A model generated the notes under the pieces. It searched no databases and was not told the origin of the DNA. It saw only the letters and a program-made list of their open reading frames with translations. A program made the translations under genes and the position numbers. Positions 53,863 to 64,000 of a stretch of 64,000 nucleotides of DNA are shown here, piece by piece. The stretch lies in the NCBI GenBank assembly GCA_951406725.2, contig OX597827.1:67270001-67334000 (forward strand), in the 5' to 3' direction. The stretch comes from Octopus vulgaris (lineage: Eukaryota). Position 1 is the stretch's first letter. Each line of letters starts with the position of its first letter.

Positions 53863-56800
53863 CTAAGTCCAGTTTGCCGTGGCTGGCCACTGATCTAAGA
53901 GAGAGTTTGTAGCTGCTGCCCTTAGGTTACCTTCGTACCTTGCAGTGGGTTCATCTGGGATCCCGGAAAGCAGCTTGTCTAGATGTTTTTTGAAAATGTC
54001 CACATCCGCATCATGTAGATCTCTTAGTTTTCTTGGCAGTTTGTTGAACAGCTGAGGGCCCCTGAACCCCAGGCTATTACAGTATCTGCTCCTTACCCTG
54101 GATGTGGAAGACGGGACCTTTGGCACCACACAGTGACGACCTGTACGGGGATTGGAACAGCTCTCAATTCCAAAATTTGGTGCTAGTCCCTCCAGGATTT
54201 TCCATATGTATATCACTGCATATCTCTCTCGTCTTCGTTCCAAGGAGTACAAATTGAGTTCCCTAAGCCTCTCCCAATAGTTCTTTTCTTTCATGGTGGA
54301 AATCCTCTTGGTGAAATGTCTTTGGATTGTCTCAAGCTCTGTGGTTAGTTTGACACTATGCGGTGACCACAGTTGGGAGCAGTAGTCTAGGCGGCTTAGG
54401 ACAAATGTCCTCCATAGTGTCAACATGGTCTCGCAGTCTCTTGTCCGGAATGTCCTCAGGATCCAGCCAGTGAGTCGTCTGCACATTGTCGCCACCTTCG
54501 CGATGTGTGAAGAAAAAGATGCATCGTCACTCATGTCTATCCCCAGGTCCCGTATTGATTTCGATACTGGGATTTCGATCCCTCCTGGACCAGTATAGTT
54601 GTGTTGTAATGTATATGTGTTTACAGCTTGATATTGTAAGGCTTGAAATTTACCAGCATTAAATTGCATGTTGTTGTCTTCAGCCCATTTGTATATGGCA
54701 TCCAGATCTTGTTGTAAAAGGTCAGCATCAGCTGGGTTTTTGATTGCCTGTGCTACCTTTGTGTCATCAGCATAGCTAGTGAGGGATGTTGTTTGTGCTA
54801 CCAAGGGCATGTCAGAGAGCGCCACCAAAAACAGCAAGGGTCCCAAGACTGTGCCCTGTGGCACCCCGCTTGCTATTGGTGTCTTTCCCGAGAGGGCTCC
54901 ATTGGCTGCAACCATCTGGCTTCTGTCCTTCAGGAAGTCATGTATCCACTCACCTACTTTTCCTGTTATGCCGAGTCTGAGTAATTTGTGACATATCACT
55001 CCGTGGTCGACTTTGTCAAAGGCCTTCGCAAAGTCGAGATATACCACATCCACCTGTGAGCGATCCAGTAGTTGTTTCAGTACCCAGTCGTAGTGTTGTA
55101 ACAGCTGCGTAAGGCAGCTTCTTCCTGGGCGAAAGCCATGCTGTGTGTCAGTGAGACGGTTAGTTTCTTCGAGGAACGTGATCAGTTTTTTTCTGATGAT
55201 TCGTTCCATGACCTTACTTATGTGTGACGTCAGGGAGACTGGCCTGTAGTTTTTTGCCTCTGCTCTACTCCCTCCTTTGTGGATAGGGCATATGGTGCCT
55301 TCTTTTAGCGCCCTGGGCAGTTTACCGTTAGCCAAGGAACCACTGAAGAGCATCTTCAGTGGTCCCGCTAGGGCATGCCTGCATGTTTTTAGGAGGACTG
55401 CTGGGAATCCATCTGGTCCAGCAGCTGAGTTTATTCTCATTTCTTCTATGGCAGATATTACATCCCTCTCTGTTATGTCTATGTGGTCGATGGTTGTTGT
55501 TTGGTTTTGGAGTGTTGTGGCATCAAAGAAAACTTCTGGGTTTGTGATTTGCATGTGCCCCAGAGGGGATGTGAACACACTTTTATACTGTTCCTTTAGT
55601 ATTTCACTTATCCCTTGGGGGTCCTCAGTTAGAGAGCCCTTTTTATCAAAGAGTGGGCCAATCTTGCAGTGTACCGAGGTGGTTTCTTTCGCAAATTTAA
55701 AGAAAGCTTTAGGGTTTGTTTTAATATTCTCTATGGCCCTGGCTTCTCTCTCTGCCCTCTCCTTCTCATAGGAAAGTTTGAGTGCAGTTTCCGTTTCAAA
55801 AAGTTTCAGGTGGAGTCCCTCATTGTTTCTCTGCCGTGCATTCAGTTGCTTCGAGAGCTTAGCTCTTCGCCTCATAAGTATTTTCCTGTCTCTGGGAATA
55901 ACGTTCCTATGCCCGCTGGCTTTTTTCTCCGGGACAAACTTATGGCATATGTTCTGTATTGTTGTCATGAAATGTTGGAAATGTGTGTTGGTCTCTTGTG
56001 TGGTGATGAAGTCACTCCAGTCATGTTTTCGGATCTCTTCGTTGATCTTCTTCCAGTTTGCCTTATGGAAGTTTAGACTGGATAGGCCTGTGGTATTTTC
56101 TAATGGCTGCGTCTCAACTAACTCTCTCATACCATATATCATTACCTCTACTAAGTTGTGATCTGAGAGAATTGTAGGTGTTACCATTATGTTGTGGATG
56201 AGCATCGGGTTGCTTGTGAAACAGAGGTCCAAGACATTCTCACCTCTTGTTGGCCGAAGCACTGCTTGTTCCATGAAAAACTTGCGTGTGAGAGCCAACA
56301 AGGACTCTGTCTGTCTCTGTTCAAGTGATGTCATTCCAGGGAGGAGATGGCCATCTGGCCATTTGACTTTCGGAAGGTTAAAATCTCCCAGCAGTAGAAT
56401 GGTGTTACCCTGGTCCAGTTTGTCCAGGACTTCTTCTATTCTTCTGAGGCTATCTTCAAACACTCCTTCATGACTAGGGGTGTCTGGTGGCCGATATGTG
56501 ACACATATTACTATTTTCGGTTGTTTCATGTGTACTATCAGTGTGTCACAGACTGAGTTTGAGTGTGTCAACAGTACTATGGGTGTGACATCTTCACGGA
56601 CGTACAGGGCAACCCCACCATGAGTTCTTTCCTTCCTGTCTGACCGAAAAACAGTATACTTTGGTACGTGTATTTCTGCATCTGCTATACTGCTTGACAG
56701 GTGCGTTTCAGTCAGCGCTATGCATATTGCATGGTTGCTTGTGCTTAAGTCCCTAAGGTAAGGAATTTTACTCATATTAGTGGGTTTCACCAGACCTCTG

Positions 56801-56886
56801 ACATTCAGCAGAAGCACTGGTGAGATATTTGGGGTGTCAATAAAGGCTGTCGGTGTGGCACCTGGGCTGGTGTCAGCGGTGGCCAC
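53863..56886 (-). CDS. LINE ORF2: apurinic-like endonuclease + reverse transcriptase (1007 aa; frame open to 57135)
   Basis: APE motifs NVRGL, LTETHL, GGVALY, YRPP, GDFN, SDH. RT motifs [38 protein letters not shown]1/L2-type C-terminus [10 protein letters not shown]. No stops. The annotated start codon is GTG. Confidence 0.95.
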   Translation of the reverse strand: MATADTSPGATPTAFIDTPNISPVLLLNVRGLVKPTNMSKIPYLRDLSTSNHAICIALTETHLSSSIADAEIHVPKYTVFRSDRKERTHGGVALYVREDVTPIVLLTHSNSVCDTLIVHMKQPKIVICVTYRPPDTPSHEGVFEDSLRRIEEVLDKLDQGNTILLLGDFNLPKVKWPDGHLLPGMTSLEQRQTESLLALTRKFFMEQAVLRPTRGENVLDLCFTSNPMLIHNIMVTPTILSDHNLVEVMIYGMRELVETQPLENTTGLSSLNFHKANWKKINEEIRKHDWSDFITTQETNTHFQHFMTTIQNICHKFVPEKKASGHRNVIPRDRKILMRRRAKLSKQLNARQRNNEGLHLKLFETETALKLSYEKERAEREARAIENIKTNPKAFFKFAKETTSVHCKIGPLFDKKGSLTEDPQGISEILKEQYKSVFTSPLGHMQITNPEVFFDATTLQNQTTTIDHIDITERDVISAIEEMRINSAAGPDGFPAVLLKTCRHALAGPLKMLFSGSLANGKLPRALKEGTICPIHKGGSRAEAKNYRPVSLTSHISKVMERIIRKKLITFLEETNRLTDTQHGFRPGRSCLTQLLQHYDWVLKQLLDRSQVDVVYLDFAKAFDKVDHGVICHKLLRLGITGKVGEWIHDFLKDRSQMVAANGALSGKTPIASGVPQGTVLGPLLFLVALSDMPLVAQTTSLTSYADDTKVAQAIKNPADADLLQQDLDAIYKWAEDNNMQFNAGKFQALQYQAVNTYTLQHNYTGPGGIEIPVSKSIRDLGIDMSDDASFSSHIAKVATMCRRLTGWILRTFRTRDCETMLTLWRTFVLSRLDYCSQLWSPHSVKLTTELETIQRHFTKRISTMKEKNYWERLRELNLYSLERRRERYAVIYIWKILEGLAPNFGIESCSNPRTGRHCVVPKVPSSTSRVRSRYCNSLGFRGPQLFNKLPRKLRDLHDADVDIFKKHLDKLLSGIPDEPTARYEGNLRAAATNSLLDQWPATANWT

Positions 56887-57758
56887 CCTGGGTCCCTTGA
56901 TTGTGGTGGTCTTGAGTGCTGTTGTGAGTGCCCCTGGCTCTGAAGACGATGTATCCAGGTCAGTTGTCCCACAATTTTCTCTGCTATTTCCACAAAATTT
57001 CTTTGTTCTGCTGCCGCCGTCTGCATTTCCTCTGCAAATGTGCGCCTTCTCCTTGTTGGGGCATTCCGCACTATGTCTGCATATTTCTGGGGCAGCTTGA
57101 ATTTGTTCTGGTTTTGGTTTCGGTCTTGGTTTTGGTTAAGGCATTTTGGTCGAGTGGGTTTGATGCAATTTCCATAGGGCCTGGGATGAGCGAACCTGCA
57201 TCCTTCCCCTGTTTCTCCATGCCAGCAGGTTCCATTCCGGAAGAATTTGCATGTTATCTGGGTTTTCTTGTCCCCAGTTCCTCTCTGTTTTTTCTTCCTC
57301 CGTTGGACGGTTGTCCACTGGTTCCTTTCTGCATAGGTCTTTTCATCCGGCTGGTTATTTTCTGTTTCCCCATCGCCGCCTATCTGTTGTTTGCCCTGCT
57401 TGCCTTCTTCGACTGTGGCTGTGGGTGTGTCATTTTTTGACACTCTGTGGTTGGTGTTTCCTGTTTCCATCTCTCTCTCTTTGTCTTTATCCACCTTGAG
57501 GACTTGGCTTAGCAAAGCCATGTGTGGTGCAATGAGAGTGTAGGCCCTTTCAACTTCTCTTTTCTTCCTCTCTACCTGCGCCAACGTCCTCATAAAGCCA
57601 TGGCTTTTCAGGGTCGCCACTATGTTTTTAGTTGGTTGCGATCTGTCGGCCGAGGTCCATCCTCTGATGAAAACTTCCAGCTCTACTTTCGTCCAGTTAC
57701 GCTGGCTTTTGTTGACGCCAGTGTTTGCATTTACCTCTAATTTTTGCATGTTGTCCAT
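56805..57758 (-). CDS. LINE ORF1 (317 aa): N-terminal Myb/SANT(trihelix)-like domain and CCCH zinc finger
   Basis: ATG start. RNWTKVELEVFIRGW...LKSHGFMRTLAQVERK resembles a Myb/SANT-like domain. Basic WTTVQRRKKKQR. CKFFRNGTCWHGETGEGCRFAH is C-x7-C-x8-C-x3-H. Confidence 0.8.
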   Translation of the reverse strand: MDNMQKLEVNANTGVNKSQRNWTKVELEVFIRGWTSADRSQPTKNIVATLKSHGFMRTLAQVERKKREVERAYTLIAPHMALLSQVLKVDKDKEREMETGNTNHRVSKNDTPTATVEEGKQGKQQIGGDGETENNQPDEKTYAERNQWTTVQRRKKKQRGTGDKKTQITCKFFRNGTCWHGETGEGCRFAHPRPYGNCIKPTRPKCLNQNQDRNQNQNKFKLPQKYADIVRNAPTRRRRTFAEEMQTAAAEQRNFVEIAEKIVGQLTWIHRLQSQGHSQQHSRPPQSRDPGWPPLTPAQVPHRQPLLTPQISHQCFC

Positions 57759-57769
57759 TCCGTTGTAGC

Positions 57770-58220
57770 GGGGAGAGAGAGAGAAGCTGTGAGGGAAAAA
57801 GGGAGAAGGGAGGAGAGATGAAGAGATTGTGAGGAAGGGAGGGTGAGAGAGAGGAAAAGAAGACTGTTTTGGGGAAAGAGAGAGAGGGTGAGAGAGAGGC
57901 AGGGAAGGAAAGCGAGAGAGGGCGAGAGAGATAGAGAAAGGGGGTCTGAAGGAAAGAAAAAGAGAGAGATTGGGAGGGAGGGAGTGAGTTCGTGAGGGAA
58001 AGAGAAAGGGATAGTGAAAAGGAAGGAGAAAGGGAGAGTGAGGAGAGAGAGGGGGAGAGATAGTGTGATGGAAAGAGCGAGAGAGGGGGGAGAAAGAGGT
58101 AGTGCAGGAAAGCGAGAAAAAAGATTACGAGGGAGAGATAGAGGGGCAGAGAGGCTGTGAAAGAAAGAGAGAGAAAGAGATTTTGAGAGAGGGAGAGAGT
58201 GTGAGAATGCAAGAGAAGGA
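57770..58220. repeat. Irregular polypurine (GA) tract, polypyrimidine on the LINE sense strand
   Basis: Direct reading. Lies immediately upstream of ORF1. Confidence 0.9.
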
Positions 58221-58581
58221 ATAGCTACAATATGTTACATATACACACATACTTACATATATAGATATAGATAAAAGTAAAAATATCCATTCATCACAGA
58301 TATGTACAACCTGTAGACATCGACACTTGTTGTCACGGAATTTACCGTTCTAAATATATAACACACGCGCACGATAGCGAAAGATAAGAAAACAGTTTTA
58401 AAGGTATATCTCGCAAGATCAATTTCTCCAATACACGCGATACACATATATACATATATATATATATATACATATATATACACGCATACACACATATATC
58501 AACAGAATAATTAATCAATTAGATCGAAACCTGTACGAAAGCACTTACATACACAGATATCTAAATTAATTAATTAGGAAA

Positions 58582-58961
58582 ACCAATAGCACAAAAACAC
58601 AAATAAACACACGACATATATACAGCAATACAATAAGCAAAGCAATAGTAAACAATACACTCGACGCACAAATAGAGTAGATAAACAGATAAGCCGCTCT
58701 GAATCAAAACGTACTGAAATCGAAAACGAAAACAAACACGCGTGCGTTTTCATATGAGGAAAAATGTTATACCAAAAGACCAATAGCACAAAAACACAAA
58801 TAAACACACGACATATATACAGCAATACAATAAGCAAAGCAATAGTAAACAATACACTCGACGTACAAATAGAGTAAATAAATAGATAAGCCGCTCTGAA
58901 TCAAAACGTACTGAAATCGAAAATAAACACGCGTGCGTTTTCAAACGAGGAAAAATGTTAT
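58582..58961. repeat. Tandem duplication, period 197 bp
   Basis: 58582-58770 is near-identical to 58779-58961. Confidence 0.95.
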
Positions 58962-59131
58962 CAATTTTCATGAAAAGATGTCAAATATATCAAAAAAGTT
59001 GTCTTAATATGTTACGTTAATAAAAATATACTTATCGTAAAGTTTCACTAGCAGAACGCAGAGGATTCGTTTGGATTTTGGATTCTTTGAAGAGAGAGAA
59101 GGAAAACACCGCCGTTTCCCAAGAAAACCGG

Positions 59132-59188
<57 letters not shown>

Positions 59189-59222
59189 TATGTATATATA
59201 TATATATATATATATGAATATG

Positions 59223-59253
<31 letters not shown>

Positions 59254-59300
59254 TATATATACATATATATATACATATATATATATACATATATATATAC

Positions 59301-59331
<31 letters not shown>

Positions 59332-59340
59332 CATATTCAT

Positions 59341-59374
<34 letters not shown>

Positions 59375-59414
59375 ATATATACATATATATATACATATAC
59401 ATATATATATATAC

Positions 59415-59530
<116 letters not shown>

Positions 59531-59589
59531 AAATAAAATAAAAACATGATGCGAAGGATTCAGCGGTACATATGTTTCGGGCCTTTATT

Positions 59590-59856
59590 AGACACAGACA
59601 TAAGGCTAACAGCACCTCCCTCTCTAAAAGAATTTGGGAATTAAAAGACAAATGCATAGGCTTCAAACTCAGATGGTCCATCATCGGATCAGCTGCACCT
59701 TATTTAAATAATAGAGCAGGATGCCAATTATGTTGTGTAGAACTCCTGAACATCTTGAAATTCAAAGACAAACACAATCTTATTAACAAAAGGTCAGAGT
59801 TCAAACCATCCTGTATACATAAACTTATTAATACTTTCAAATACTACAATGCTTAG
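59590..59856 (+). pseudogene. C-terminal part of a Penelope-like GIY-YIG endonuclease domain
   Basis: [31 protein letters not shown]....CQLC..E...I......LINKRSE....CIH pattern, typical of PLE endonuclease C-termini. Confidence 0.8.
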
Positions 59857-61784
59857 GTCCTATACCAACTCCCCCATGCAATTTCCTCCCACCCGGTGCA
59901 ACCTATCGGCTCCAGCACATCCCGCTTTCCTATATGTGCGTGTATGTGTGTATGTGTGTGTGTGTACATATGTATGTGCACATACGTGTACGTATGTGTA
60001 CATATATATATATATATGTACATGTGCGTGTGTGTGTGTGTGTGTGGGTGTGTGTATGTGCATATACGGTTCCCTGCATTTTCCTCCTATATATACAAAT
60101 TTTGTCTCCCATATATGACTTCTTTTCCCTAAATATTTCTTCTCCTACACCCATATCCTCCCTATGTAGTCTCTTTAATTCCCTATATCTATACCCTTTC
60201 ACATTTCTAACTCGGATGTTGAACGCACACCGCCAAACTCCACTTCCCACCCTTCCATTTTTCAGTTCCCCCCGCCCGCCCCTACGTTTAACACACACCT
60301 CTAACTTTCAACCACCTTCATCTCATGTTAAACTTTACCAAATTATATTTTTATCTTATTTTATTTTATTTTTATCTTTATTTTTATTTGTACTTTTATT
60401 TTTATTTTTATTTTTATTTTTACTTTTATCCTACTTCCATTTATTCTCATTTTTATTTTCATCCCTTACTTTAACTCTTATAATTTTTATAATTCTTATA
60501 TTTCATTTCTAACTATTACATTGTATTTCTTATTTTATACTGTATTTTTTATTTCTAATCTTTACCCTTACCCTCATTCTTACCCATAACTTATCGCTTT
60601 ACACCTCCATATATGTTTATTTACTTACCTATGGATCCACTTTTTGACTATACGAGCGTCCGCGTACGTGTGTATACGCATACATACATATGCACACGCA
60701 TATATGTACATGCATACTTCGATATCTTATAGCTATACCCATGTGCGCGTGTGTCTGTGTGTGTATGTGAGTGTATATGTGCACGCACATACGGACACAC
60801 AGCCGTGTGTGCGTGCACGTATAGACATGAGTACGGGATTCTTTACATACGTTCTTATACACATCCTTTAATATCTTATACCTAGACTTAGAGACGTGGG
60901 CATATACGTGTGTGTATGTAGTGATGGGCGCGCGTATATACATGTGAGTGTGTACGCGTATAATGTCCGTGTATACATGCGGATATTCTGTTGTTGTATG
61001 TATGTGTGTGTACGCGCGTGCGTGTGGGTGCGTGTGTGTTTATGTACGTGTTTACACGCGAGTGCGTGTGTATGCTTATAAGCTTGGAGGCGTATATGTA
61101 CGCGTGTATGTGGGTGTATGTATCCATGATGATATGTATGTACTAGAAGTCCATTTAATTCAAGGAACCAGATTAAATGCTCATCAGCTCTGATTTACAA
61201 CGCATTAGGTCCCCAGACGAAACTGTTGATTTACTGACAATTCTACAACTAAATTTTATCAATCTCCTGACCACCATGCTTGGTCCGTAACCTCTACACA
61301 TCCCTTATCTTTACATTCTTTTACACTTTTATCATGTTTTTATCAGGTTTTTTTACTTTTATTTCTATTTCTTTTTTTACTTTTATTTCTATTTCTATTT
61401 TTACTTTATAACCTTATGCCTTTACATTTATTTATATTTCTTTATATTTCTTTATACCCCCTTTACATCTCCTTACAACTCTTTATATCTTTATCCTCTA
61501 CATTTTTATATTATTCTATACTTACATTATTCTATACTTACACTTTTTATACATTTTTTATCCCTCGTCCCGAACTCTCGCCCCTCCATCTTCACCTCTA
61601 TATATGTATTTATTTATTTACATTACCTCAACATCCAATTTTCCTCATTCTACATTGAGAGAAGAAAGAGATGGACGCTTCAACTCTATGCTGCTGCCGC
61701 ATTATGTCGTACGTGAATGAGAGGATTTGCATCCCCAACCAAGAATTTTTGATGTAACACATGTCCTTGTGGAAGCTGTTGTGC

Positions 61785-61862
61785 GCGGCTGAAGAAGGCC
61801 ACAGACATACATTATGCATTGTTATAAATCTGTCTAATAAAGGCCCGAAACATATGTACCGC
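61785..61862 (+). ncRNA. Type I hammerhead ribozyme in the Penelope-like pseudo-LTR
   Basis: GCGG-CTGAAGA-A-GGCC...(extended stem II)...GGCC-C-GAAA-CATATG-TA-CCGC. Stem III is the palindrome ACATATGT. The predicted GUA cleavage is after 61858. Confidence 0.8.
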
Positions 61863-61969
61863 TGAATCCTTCGCATCATGTTTTTATTTTATTTTGATCA
61901 ATTTACTCCACCACCTACACCACTAAACGGTATACACAGGTGCTTATAATTATCAAGTACTCACCCCGA

Positions 61970-62020
<51 letters not shown>

Positions 62021-62799
62021 TGTGTGTGTATTCATTTCCTCTGGTTTAGTGGTGTGTGTATATTGTACGCGACTATGTTGTTTGCGTACGTATATTTATG
62101 TGTCTGTAGACGATACTGATAAATGTGTGAGTGTATATGTTCGTAGTTCATTTATTGGTACAGCTGATATTATGTTGATTTTTCTCGTTATATGTATTTA
62201 TTTTTCCTCTCTATTTCCTCTTGGATTTGAAGTTATGCTGGTTGATATTTTGCCTGTACGAAAACGGTATACGTGCGTTTGAGAAAGGATACACACACGT
62301 TCATACACATGGATATGCATGTAGATGTAGATATATACATGTGTGGGTGTGGGGGGTATTCGAGTTTATGTATTTATATATTAATATCAGAATAAGAGAG
62401 GTTATTTATTCATATGCGTGTATAGGCATATATGTTATGGAATTGTGTTTATCACATCAAAGGACATAAGAAAATTCACCTAAATCCTGGAGAGTTCCCA
62501 GTTTCAAAGATGGAAGAGGACGGGGTGCTGGTGGAGATGGGCCTCGTTACTCATGTAACAACGTGGATGTTTGACTATGTATACGCACGTGTATATATGC
62601 AGTCCTACTCACATACATATAAACACATAGACAGACTCATACACACACACGCACACAGATATATGTATATATATATACATTGACGTATCGTCATATATTT
62701 ATGCGTCTGTATATATATTATGTAATATATATACATATATAAAAACACATATATATGCATATATACACACATATAGATATATTCATATATATAATTGTG

Positions 62800-62831
<32 letters not shown>

Positions 62832-63719
62832 GTTGTATATATATATATGTGTGTGTGTGTATATATATATGTAATATCCACGAATTCATCAATCAGATAT
62901 TTTTGTATGAGAGTGTTTTGATTTATTCGTATTTTTTGGAAAGAAAAGTTTCTAAAATTTTCTCATTATAAATCAGTTTCCTGTCAAGAATTAATTAATA
63001 TGGTCATGCAATTTTATTTATTTTTTGTTAAATTTGAAAATATTTTTGTTATATTTTTCTATATATTTTTGAAATATTATAAGTGAATGATTGTCTATGT
63101 TTCTGAGTGCATTTGTCTGTGTATAGGTCTGTGTTTTTGTGTACGCATGTTATTTTTTCCGTAATTTCTAATGTAAATTTTGTAAACTTCACTCCGATTT
63201 CTATTCGAATTTTTTATTCAATAAAACTTTTGTATTACTATGGTTTACACGTATTTTGAAATTTCAATTTAAGAATTTGAAAGAAAAGAAACACCATAGA
63301 GAATTTCTATGAATTTACGTATATTTGTTTGTTTTTATATATACATTCATGAACATGTTTATTAAATTCAGTTTGTTCCTGTTGTTGTTTCATCATGTTG
63401 CCTAATTATATATCGTTTGGAACTCACTCATACATTTTGTTTGTTGAAAGTATGACATTCACCTACTCAACAACACAACTCAGTTTTTAATACTTATTTT
63501 TATTTATATTCAATAAAACCAACCCCAGAGATAGATGAAAAGAATGCTAAGTGGGCCTTGTTGCATTTGAACTAATTACAACGTAATATAGTTTTATATT
63601 TAAGAGATGAGGAATTATGTACATACATTATTTACAATATTTGCATTATTTACATTTGACAGATATTTGTCCTCATCTGGTATCGTCTGTGGCTGTTCCC
63701 ATACTGCTAATTCATCATT

Positions 63720-64000
63720 GTGGAGGCGCAATGGCCCAGTGGTTAGGACAGCGGACTCGCGGTCGTAGGATCGCGGTTTCGATTCCCAGACCGGGCGTTG
63801 TGAGTGTTTATTGAGCGAAAACACCTAAAGCTCCACGAGGCTCCGTCCGGCAGGGGATGGTGGTGATACCTGCTGTACTCTTTCACCACAACTTTCTCTC
63901 ACTCTTACTTCCTGTTTCTGTTGTACCTGTATTTCATAAGGCCGGCCTTGTCACTCTCTCTGTGTCACGCTGAATATCCCCGAGAACTACGTTAAGGGTA
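63720..64000 (+). mobile_element. tRNA-derived SINE family A (runs off the window end)
   Basis: A-box TGGCCCAGTGG and B-box GGTTTCGATTCC. The body matches 684-960. Confidence 0.9.

Larger units (their letters stand above)
53781..57758 (-). mobile_element. Apparently intact CR1/L2-group LINE (5' boundary uncertain, possibly 59133)
   Basis: ORF1 plus APE-RT ORF2, a ~80-nt 3' UTR with a stem-loop and a (GTAAAAGA)x3 tail abutting (TA)n. Confidence 0.92.

Noticed and set aside
54779-57740. Plus-strand ORFs opposite the LINE (e.g. 55277-55771, 56928-57440), and likewise 13853-14306 opposite the Dong element
   Set aside because: These are antisense shadows of real coding frames, with no motifs of their own.
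61715-61755. SECIS-like ATGA...TGA pairing in the PLE 3' region
   Set aside because: The helix is only ~7 bp with several G-U pairs, and no in-frame UGA is visible in the retained ORF fragment. A SECISearch run would be needed.

Overview
This is a eukaryotic, AT-rich, non-coding window with very dense microsatellites. The SINE families and repeat load suggest an octopus (coleoid cephalopod) genome; that is an inference, not a database result. No host protein-coding gene can be supported, and nearly all ORFs in the track are microsatellite artefacts. The real content is mobile DNA. (1) An apparently intact CR1/L2-group LINE on the minus strand (~53781 to at least 57758). Its ORF1 has Myb/SANT-like and CCCH domains and overlaps a 1007-aa APE+RT ORF2 in the -1 frame. 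Its 3' stem-loop and (GTAAAAGA)n tail are shared with the most abundant SINE in the window. (2) A head-to-tail stack of three R4/Dong-type RLE retrotransposon pieces inside (TAA)n tracts (12790-15654). (3) Several Penelope-like remnants with inverted pseudo-LTRs, including two well-formed type I hammerhead ribozymes (10313-10363, 61785-61862) and several variant-core copies. (4) Four tRNA-derived SINE families (my labels A-D), one copy of which is flanked by a ~190-bp direct repeat. (5) Two non-autonomous Helitrons and two mariner relics. Element boundaries were read by eye and are approximate unless stated otherwise.
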